Below, in pieces: positions 46,850 to 53,112 of a DNA stretch of 53,112 nt; position 1 is the stretch's first letter, and each line of letters starts with the position of its first letter. Location of the stretch: positions 1-53,112 of the forward strand of contig CAZOCQ010000001.1 of assembly GCA_964578335.1 (NCBI GenBank). Reading direction: 5' to 3'. Made by a program: the position numbers and the translations under genes. The notes beneath the pieces are model-generated. The model ran no database searches, was not told where the DNA came from, and saw only the letters and a program-made list of their open reading frames with translations. This stretch comes from an uncultured Desulfobacca sp. (GTDB taxonomy: Bacteria > Desulfobacterota > Desulfobaccia > Desulfobaccales > 0-14-0-80-60-11).

Positions 46850-47746
46850 TCAGCCGTAGAATTGGTATTCGCGGGGGAGGAGGCTGCGGCGCTTTCCCCG
46901 CAGTTTGCCTTTGACCAAGCGGAAGACCAGGGCCCGGTCGTCTTGGTTTTCTCTGAGTTTCTTGAACAACCGGTCGTCTTGGCAAAGTTGCAGAAACTTG
47001 GCCAGCCCCTCCGGGCTATCGAGCCGGGAAATTTTTTCCTCCACTGCGGAAAATGGCGGATACCCTGCCATCCGCTCCACAAAGAAGCGCTCCAGCGTCG
47101 GGTTGGGGATGACCCGCGGCGTAGAGGGTTCAGCCTCAGGTGGGAGTTCCTCCAGCAAATTGCTGAAATCAACGTAGCAGGAACCGTTGCCATAGAGATA
47201 AAAGCAGGAAACGAGATTTTCCCGCTCCCACATTCTTCTCATTTGGGCAATTGCCTGGGTCCGGGCCGGGGAGAGCGGCAGGGGGCGGCGCAAACAGAGA
47301 TATTCCCGGAAGTGCTCTTCTCCGGCCCGCGCTGCGAAACTGCCCTCGTAAACCAGGTTTTCGGGGAACAGGGCGCAGGGCAGGGGCCGCACCGGATAAA
47401 TGCCGCATAGGTCGTTTTCCAGAAAGGGGCAGGGTTTCCTGACCTTCAAGGCTGCCATTCTGAGCCAATCGTGGCGCCCGTTGGCGAGGAGAGCCCAGGC
47501 ATATTGCCGCCGATACAGGACGGATACCGGCTCCTCCAGGTGCAGGGCCGCGCCGGCCAGATCAACGAGATTCACCGGGACCTGCAAATCTGTATTTCGG
47601 CAGCCCGGCCTGGTGCAGACGGGATCACAGTTGAAGTCCGAGTCGCAGCAAGCCAGTTGCGCCCGGGTCTGAAAATAGTCCGTCAGCCATGACCGGAGCT
47701 TTTCTGCGGGGAAAGTCGTATCCGGACTGTTCCTAATAACCGCCAT
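46850..47746 (-). CDS. YkgJ-like Cys-cluster domain protein
   Basis: CPFLENDLCGIYPVRPLPCALFP, plus upstream Cys pairs. Confidence 0.5.
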   Translation of the reverse strand: MAVIRNSPDTTFPAEKLRSWLTDYFQTRAQLACCDSDFNCDPVCTRPGCRNTDLQVPVNLVDLAGAALHLEEPVSVLYRRQYAWALLANGRHDWLRMAALKVRKPCPFLENDLCGIYPVRPLPCALFPENLVYEGSFAARAGEEHFREYLCLRRPLPLSPARTQAIAQMRRMWERENLVSCFYLYGNGSCYVDFSNLLEELPPEAEPSTPRVIPNPTLERFFVERMAGYPPFSAVEEKISRLDSPEGLAKFLQLCQDDRLFKKLRENQDDRALVFRLVKGKLRGKRRSLLPREYQFYG

Positions 47747-47883
47747 AGCTTATCTCGCCGGTGACGACCATAATGATTTCATAGCGCACACTTCGCCTTA
47801 CTGCCGGATTTGGCAGATTTGTCTGGTTAATTGTTGGTTGCTTGGCAATAACTATGCTGGGCACTCCTGGGGGGAGAACCCCA

Positions 47884-48657
47884 TTACCACAGGTTGGGCG
47901 TATTTTTCACCGGCGGGAACACCGGCCAGGGGAACCTCACCTGGTCATGCAAGGTTATGGGAGTGCGCCTCGGGGTCACTTGTCGGACCAGTTGTGGAGG
48001 CGGGGCGGCAAGAGTAACGGAATTTTCTTTCAGGCATTGTTCGGCTAAGCCGGCCGCCACTTTTTCCACCTTTATCCCCCCGTCAAGGGTGGATATGGCC
48101 ATTTCCAAGGGTTGTATCCGGCGCTGTTGGGCCGAAGAGCGATTTTTAACCAATATAGTCGAAGAATCTTTAAGACATATAATTCGGTCAGGCTGGGCCA
48201 GCGCCATTACGCCATCGGCCCGACTCGCCTGTACTGCGGTGGCGGGGCTGACAATTTGGAGATAGGCTCCAGGAGTATTTATGGCTGTAATGAAACGGAT
48301 TTTGCCTTGTAATAATCTTAGACTGACCTTTTCCGCAGCAGCCTTCCCCTCATCCCGGTAATCAATTACCTCCAAGGCAGTATTTTCACTAAGAATAATG
48401 ACGCAATCCGGTTTAAAAAAGAGCTTCGCCTTGCCATGCTCCATAGTTTTAATAGTAGCGCCGGCCGGAGTGGGGTCCAATAGACGGACCGGTTGCACCT
48501 CAGCCTTGCCGCTCTTTAAATAAACTTCACCCTCAACGGCGATTATTTCTGCTCCGGCCTTGATATGAATAATTAATGGGCCGCTCCCGATAATCAGCGC
48601 CGCGGCCAGCAGCTTGGCCATGATTTTAAAACCATGTTTAAATTTTAATCGTCTCAT
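47884..48657 (-). CDS. FecR-domain protein, secreted or membrane-anchored
   Basis: Hydrophobic N-terminus. AVEGEVYLKSG...GATIKTMEHGKAKLFFKPDCVIILSENTALEV is a FecR-like pattern. The ATG at 48657 lies 8 nt after the upstream stop. Confidence 0.6.
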   Translation of the reverse strand: MRRLKFKHGFKIMAKLLAAALIIGSGPLIIHIKAGAEIIAVEGEVYLKSGKAEVQPVRLLDPTPAGATIKTMEHGKAKLFFKPDCVIILSENTALEVIDYRDEGKAAAEKVSLRLLQGKIRFITAINTPGAYLQIVSPATAVQASRADGVMALAQPDRIICLKDSSTILVKNRSSAQQRRIQPLEMAISTLDGGIKVEKVAAGLAEQCLKENSVTLAAPPPQLVRQVTPRRTPITLHDQVRFPWPVFPPVKNTPNLW

Positions 48658-48665
48658 GGTTATTC

Positions 48666-50093
48666 CTAAAAGAAGTCCCAACTTAATAAAAACGTTACCA
48701 GATGCCTGTCATATTGATAAGATTTATTAATTGATTCCTGAGTGTTATAACCGTAACCAAGCCAGCAGGATAATTTTTGGGTTACCGGTTTTTTCAGCAA
48801 CAATTGTATGGAAAAGACATTATCAGAGCGTTTTCGATAAACTCCCTGAAAGTTATAGGCGTTCCAATCATAGGTCAGGTTATCAAAATGAGTATAAGCG
48901 TATTCCAAGGTCGTCCACCAGGTCACTTCCCAGGGTAAAAAGATTACACTATTCAGCGAAGTTCGCACCGTCGAAGCAGTGATCCAGGACCCTTCCGCCA
49001 AATCCCGCTCAAAGGCCGCGCCGATTCTTAATACACCTATATTGGATAAGGTTAGCCCTTGAAATAACCCCACCTGGTGTTCCCAGCCGCTCCGCCGATT
49101 ATCCAAGATAGTCCCATAGCGGAACGATTTGTTCAGAGCCCGGTAAATGATCTCTCCTTTCAACCAGTTGGTCTCAGGCCAGTTAAGAATGACGCCGTAC
49201 TGGCTGAAATCGCTGTACCTGGCGCCGGCATAGAAGGTTTTATCATAAGCAAAGAGGGGTTCGATGAGAACGGGGCCGACCTTGAAATTAGAGAACACCT
49301 CCAAACGGGCGTTGCACCAATTCCAGTTATCCAACCAGGTATGCGCATCGTAAAAAGCCTTCAGCCGGGCCCCGAAATTATAATTGGGCTTCATGACCGG
49401 ATAAACTTCGAAGCGGCTCCCCAGCCGGCCGGCCCAATCCACCGAACTGCCGCGCTTGCGCACGTACGGCGATTCGCGGTCGGTCAACAGCGGCACATTG
49501 GAGTCATACTCCGCCCCGGCCATCAGGGACAGCCGCACCGGCTGGGGCCGCACATCCGCCGGCACCAGGGCCAGGTCCTCATAAGTTTTGCAGAAGACGG
49601 CCAATTCAGGGTTGAGGCGGCGACTGCGGCGAAACTCGGTGACCGCCTCCCGGGGGTGGTTTAAGTGGAGCGCGGCAAGGCCCAAATAATAGCTGGCTAA
49701 GCCGTTTTTCGGGGCCAGTTCCTTGGCTTTGCTGAGATTAGCCCTGGATTCCCGGAAATCCTTTAAAAAATACGCACTGATACCCAGGTAAAGATAACCG
49801 CCGGGAATGTTGGGATCCAACTGCAGGGCCTGGCGGAAATTATCCCGAGCGGGCTGGAAGTCCTGCAAAGCCAACTGGCAAAGCCCCAGGGTGAGATGAA
49901 TGCCGGGGTTTTGGGGGTCAAGCAGGGCGGCCGGCGCCAGCAGCCCCCTGGCTTTCTCATATTCCCCGGCCAGGTACAGCTCGCATCCCTGAGCATACAT
50001 GATCTCGGAATCAATTGCAGCCAGGGCGAAATTCACCCTAAGGATCAGCAGGAGGAGAAAAATAAGGCAGAACCGAAAACTCAGCTTGCACAT
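48666..50093 (-). CDS. TPR-repeat + C-terminal beta-barrel outer-membrane protein
   Basis: Signal peptide, about 4 TPR-like repeats, then about 290 aa with alternating hydrophobic residues that end in the terminal ...SWDFF. Confidence 0.6.
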   Translation of the reverse strand: MCKLSFRFCLIFLLLLILRVNFALAAIDSEIMYAQGCELYLAGEYEKARGLLAPAALLDPQNPGIHLTLGLCQLALQDFQPARDNFRQALQLDPNIPGGYLYLGISAYFLKDFRESRANLSKAKELAPKNGLASYYLGLAALHLNHPREAVTEFRRSRRLNPELAVFCKTYEDLALVPADVRPQPVRLSLMAGAEYDSNVPLLTDRESPYVRKRGSSVDWAGRLGSRFEVYPVMKPNYNFGARLKAFYDAHTWLDNWNWCNARLEVFSNFKVGPVLIEPLFAYDKTFYAGARYSDFSQYGVILNWPETNWLKGEIIYRALNKSFRYGTILDNRRSGWEHQVGLFQGLTLSNIGVLRIGAAFERDLAEGSWITASTVRTSLNSVIFLPWEVTWWTTLEYAYTHFDNLTYDWNAYNFQGVYRKRSDNVFSIQLLLKKPVTQKLSCWLGYGYNTQESINKSYQYDRHLVTFLLSWDFF

Positions 50094-50396
50094 GATCCGA
50101 CAACCCGGCCGCACTGCTATTATTCTCGTTGCCCAGAGATAAGGCGGCCATCCTGGCTAAGCAGCAGAAAAATGGTTTTGGGGAAGAACCCCCCGGCGCC
50201 ATTCCTTCAACCCGGGTCCGTTAATCGGCCATATGATAGCATAAAATTCGCAGTAAAAAAGATTTTTCTCTAAATGTTTAACCCACAGAGCCTGTAGCGG
50301 ATGAATCATGGCTTAAAGGATGAGGGGGAAACTGGAAAGTTTGACGGGAAGGGTGGGGCGGCTCAACCGGGAATTGCCCCATTTAGCGGCACAGCC

Positions 50397-50443
50397 TAAA
50401 AATGAAAAAGGCAAGCCGTGACACAGAGTCCCTGACTTGCCTT
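50397..50443 (-). terminator. terminator after tRNA-Ala
   Basis: AAGGCAAG ... CTTGCCTT stem followed on the minus strand by TTTTTCATTTTT. Confidence 0.55.
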
Positions 50444-50458
50444 ATTAGCATCAAAATT

Positions 50459-50534
50459 TGGTGGAGCTGAGGGGATTTGAACCCCTGACCCCTTGAATGC
50501 CATTCAAGTGCTCTTCCAGCTGAGCTACAGCCCC
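50459..50534 (-). tRNA. tRNA-Ala (GGC)
   Basis: Acceptor GGGGCUG/CAGCUCC with the G3:U70 identity pair, anticodon loop AUGGCAU, T-loop TTCAAAT, encoded CCA. Confidence 0.9.
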
Positions 50535-50550
50535 ACGCCCGAACTTAATT

Positions 50551-50579
50551 TTTGTAACAAAACCGCCCAGGGCTGTCAA
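50551..50579 (-). promoter_or_regulatory. sigma-70 promoter candidate TTGACA-N17-TACAAA for tRNA-Ala
   Basis: The reverse complement of 50574..50579 is TTGACA and that of 50551..50556 is TACAAA. The spacer is 17 nt. Confidence 0.55.
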
Positions 50580-50659
50580 GGGCATAAGAGGAAAATTGGC
50601 GGAGAAAAACCGATGGATTGGCCGCTTGAAGCGAAATTGCGTCCCGTCGGACGCAATTT

Positions 50660-50668
50660 TGATATAAT
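50660..50668 (+). promoter_or_regulatory. extended -10 element TGaTATAAT
   Basis: TATAAT at 50663..50668 is only 6 nt before the ATG at 50675, implying a leaderless or near-leaderless mRNA. Confidence 0.45.
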
Positions 50669-50674
50669 TCAATC

Positions 50675-51841
50675 ATGTTGGCCAGTAAGCCAAAGCGGCC
50701 GGACGGGCGCCTCAAGGTCTTACATTTATTGGTGACCATGCCGGTGGGCGGCGCCGAGGACCTGGTGGCCGCCATCGTAGGGGGGCTTGACCCGGCGCGT
50801 TTTGCCGCGGGCGTGGCCTGCCTGGGCCTCCCCGGCCCGGTGGGTGAGGAACTGGCCGCCGCCGGCTTTCCCGTGATTTCCCTGGGGTTCGATATCAAGC
50901 ACACCTCCACCTGGCGCCTGGCGGCGGCGGTGCGGCGTCTCCTGCGGGAGCAGCGCCCGGATATCCTCCACACCCACCTGTACCACCCCAATCTCTATGG
51001 CCGCCTGGCCGCCTTGGGGTTGGGGCTCTCCGGGGTGGTGGCGTCGGTGCACAACTCCTACAGCCGGGTAAAATTCCATCGCCGCCTGTGGAATTATCTC
51101 CTGGCCCGGGTCACCGACCGCATCCTGGTGGCCAGCCCCCAGGTCTGGGAAGACCTGCGGCGTTATGACGGGGCGCCGGCCTCCCGCCTGCTCCTCCTGC
51201 CCTACGGCATCCGCCTGGAAGAGCTGGACACGCCGGTAAGCCGGGAGGAAGCCCGCCAGGCCCTGGGGGTTACGGGCTTCATCCTGGGCGCCGTGGGCCG
51301 CCTGGAAGAGCAGAAAGGCCATGCTCATCTGCTGGAGGCCCTGGCCCGGGTGCAGGAGGAAATGCCGGACGCCCTCCTGCTCCTGGTGGGCGACGGGCGG
51401 CGGCGGGTCGTCCTGGAGGACCAGGCCCGGGAGTCGGGGCTGGCCGAGCGGGTGCGCTTTTTGGGGACCCGGCGGGATTTGCCCCTGATTTACCGGGCCC
51501 TGGACCTCTTTGTGCAGCCGTCCCTGTGGGAGGGACTGCCCCTGGCCTTGCTCCAGGCCATGGGGGCCGGCCTGCCGGTATTGGCCACCGAGGTGAGCGG
51601 CGTCCGGGAGGTGGTGGCGGACGGGGTCAACGGCCGCCTGGCGCCTCCCGGCGCCCCCGCGGCCCTGGCGGCGGCCCTGGTGGAACTGTACCGGCAGCCG
51701 GAGGCCCGCGCCCGGATAGGCGCCGCGGCCCACTTGACTATTCGGGAGCACTATTCCCTGTCGGCCATGCTGAACCGCCTGGAGCAGCTTTACCTGGAGC
51801 TAGGGGGGAAATCTCCACGTCGGCCACGCCTGGCTAGATGA
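50675..51841 (+). CDS. GT4-family glycosyltransferase
   Basis: LKVLHLLVTMPVGGAED at the N-terminus and the EGLPLALLQAMGAGLPVLATEVSGVREVV (E-x7-E region) pattern. Confidence 0.85.
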   Translation: MLASKPKRPDGRLKVLHLLVTMPVGGAEDLVAAIVGGLDPARFAAGVACLGLPGPVGEELAAAGFPVISLGFDIKHTSTWRLAAAVRRLLREQRPDILHTHLYHPNLYGRLAALGLGLSGVVASVHNSYSRVKFHRRLWNYLLARVTDRILVASPQVWEDLRRYDGAPASRLLLLPYGIRLEELDTPVSREEARQALGVTGFILGAVGRLEEQKGHAHLLEALARVQEEMPDALLLLVGDGRRRVVLEDQARESGLAERVRFLGTRRDLPLIYRALDLFVQPSLWEGLPLALLQAMGAGLPVLATEVSGVREVVADGVNGRLAPPGAPAALAAALVELYRQPEARARIGAAAHLTIREHYSLSAMLNRLEQLYLELGGKSPRRPRLAR

Positions 51842-52848
51842 CCGTTATGCCCTCGCGGAAATATACCATTTTGCACACCGAATCCTCCCTGGGCTGGGGC
51901 GGCCAGGAACGCCGCATCCTGGCGGAGGCCGAAATTATGCGGCGGCGGGGGCACCAAGTGCTGCTGGCCTGCGATCCCCGGGGGCAGCTTTTTCTGAAGG
52001 CCCGGGAACAAGGCTTTTCCCCCTATCCCCTGGCCTGCGGCGGGCGGCGCAATCTTGGGGCCTGGCGGCGGCTGCGGCGCCTCCTCCGGGAGCAACCGGT
52101 GGACATCCTGAATACCCACAGTTCCCTGGACTCCTGGATCGGCGCCCTGGCCTGGCGCAGCCTGAGGAACCGTCCCCGTCTGGTGCGCACCCGGCACCTC
52201 TCCACCCGGGTTAACGCCAATTTCCCCACCCGCTGGCTCTACCGGGTCCCGGGGGCCATCATTACCACCGGAGAAGTCACCCGGGAGTTGCTCCATCACC
52301 ATTTGGGGGTCCCGCCGGAGCGCTTGTTTTCCATTCCCACCGGCATCCCTTTGGATAAATTCGCCCCCCGGGACCCGGACCCGGAACTGCTGGCCCGCCT
52401 GCAAATCCCGCCGGGGACTTTCGTCTGCGGCGCGGTGGCGGTGCTGCGCTCCTGGAAGGGCCATCTCTATCTACTGGAGGCCCTCCGGGAACTGCTCCGC
52501 ACCGGCAAACCGGCCTATCTGCTGGTGGTGGGGGACGGCCCTTACCGGGTGGTGATTGAAGCCAAGGTTCGGGAGCTGGACCTGGAACCCTGGGTCCGTT
52601 TGGCCGGGTACCAGGAGGAGGTGGCCCCCTGGATCGCCCTGATGGACGCAGTGGTCCTGGCTTCCTACGCCAATGAAGGGGTGCCGCAGGCCCTGCTGCA
52701 GGCCATGGCCATGGGCAAGGCCGTGGTGGGCACCGCCCTGGGGGGCATCCCGGAGGTGGTGATGGAAGGCGAAACCGAGCGTACCACCGACCTCCGCAGC
52801 GAACCGCTGCTTGGCTTCGAGGAGGAGGATGAAGATGAAGATGTATAA
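51838..52848 (+). CDS. GT4-family glycosyltransferase, apparently C-terminally truncated with acidic tail
   Basis: YANEGVPQALLQAMAMGKAVVGTALGGIPEVVMEGET is then followed by the non-family tail ERTTDLRSEPLLGFEEEDEDEDV*. The ORF is about 40-60 aa shorter than its neighbour-type enzymes. Confidence 0.7.
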   Translation: MTVMPSRKYTILHTESSLGWGGQERRILAEAEIMRRRGHQVLLACDPRGQLFLKAREQGFSPYPLACGGRRNLGAWRRLRRLLREQPVDILNTHSSLDSWIGALAWRSLRNRPRLVRTRHLSTRVNANFPTRWLYRVPGAIITTGEVTRELLHHHLGVPPERLFSIPTGIPLDKFAPRDPDPELLARLQIPPGTFVCGAVAVLRSWKGHLYLLEALRELLRTGKPAYLLVVGDGPYRVVIEAKVRELDLEPWVRLAGYQEEVAPWIALMDAVVLASYANEGVPQALLQAMAMGKAVVGTALGGIPEVVMEGETERTTDLRSEPLLGFEEEDEDEDV

Positions 52849-53112
52849 CGGCGACAAGATCATTCCCGGGCTGATCGCGTTTCTGGTCATCATGACGTTC
52901 CCGGTCTGGTACAACATGGGGAAAGCCGCTCCGACTCCTCAAATCAAGATAGATACGCCGGTCATCCAGCAGATGGGGGATAAGAAGTGCGTGTTGCCCA
53001 AGGCCGACATGCGCACCGAGCACATGCAGATGCTCAATGACTGGCGGACCTGGGTGGTGCGTGACAACCAGCGGCTGTACACGGCGGTGGACGGCAAGAC
53101 CTACAACATGAG
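52841..53112 (+). CDS. dsrJ: DsrJ-like membrane-anchored cytochrome c, N-terminal part (runs off window)
   Basis: MYNGDKIIPGLIAFLVIMTFPVWYNMGKA...CVLPKADMRTEHMQMLNDWRTWVVRDNQRLYTAVDGK resembles the DsrJ N-termini of Desulfovibrio-type organisms as I recall them. No haem motif is reached before the window ends. Confidence 0.45.
   Translation, partial: MYNGDKIIPGLIAFLVIMTFPVWYNMGKAAPTPQIKIDTPVIQQMGDKKCVLPKADMRTEHMQMLNDWRTWVVRDNQRLYTAVDGKTYNM

Noticed and set aside
50726-53023. Long minus-strand ORFs (50726..51751, 51790..52464, 52277..53023) opposite the glycosyltransferases
   Set aside because: These are Pro/Gly/Arg-rich antisense shadows. The plus frames have GT4 motifs.

Overview
GC-rich chromosomal segment that looks like an anaerobic, diderm, Desulfobacterota-like bacterium. 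That guess is inference from a DsrJ-like fragment, a selenocysteine formate dehydrogenase, NosL/ABC genes, LapA and an outer-membrane barrel. The backbone is housekeeping: mdh, mutS, cdd, an IHF/HU-like gene, a large-type SRP RNA, Sec-containing fdhA, aroB plus DAHP synthase, mnmA, an mtaB-like gene, and tRNA-Gly, tRNA-Cys and tRNA-Ala. Several accessory or rearranged patches interrupt it. (1) A solitary 1177-aa single-chain nuclease-methyltransferase-TRD restriction enzyme (4696..8229) is bracketed by direct copies of a short REP-like hairpin and contains an AT-richer internal block. (2) A cluster of five TadE/TadG-like pseudopilins in two modules (33811..39144) has no pilus machinery nearby and carries its own ATCAGGGA/TCCCTGAT motif set. 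(3) A run of signal-peptide proteins (28227..31263) includes a TrmO/TsaA-like domain with a signal peptide. (4) A TPR plus beta-barrel protein, a FecR-like protein and a Cys-cluster protein form a lower-GC patch next to tRNA-Ala. (5) An orphan ParA is followed by an overlapping Lys-rich small ORF and faces a divergent PilZ gene. Rearrangement scars are visible: a 168-bp perfect duplication of the asparaginase 3' end around a 333-bp mosaic of REP-type hairpins, an internally deleted alkyl-sulfatase pseudogene, and a C-terminally truncated glycosyltransferase abutting a dsrJ-like start. At least four short dispersed hairpin-repeat families and three heptamer microsatellites are present; one microsatellite lies inside a CDS. 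No CRISPR array, transposase or integrase was seen. All functional calls rest on motif recognition by eye. No database search or computation beyond manual indexing was possible.
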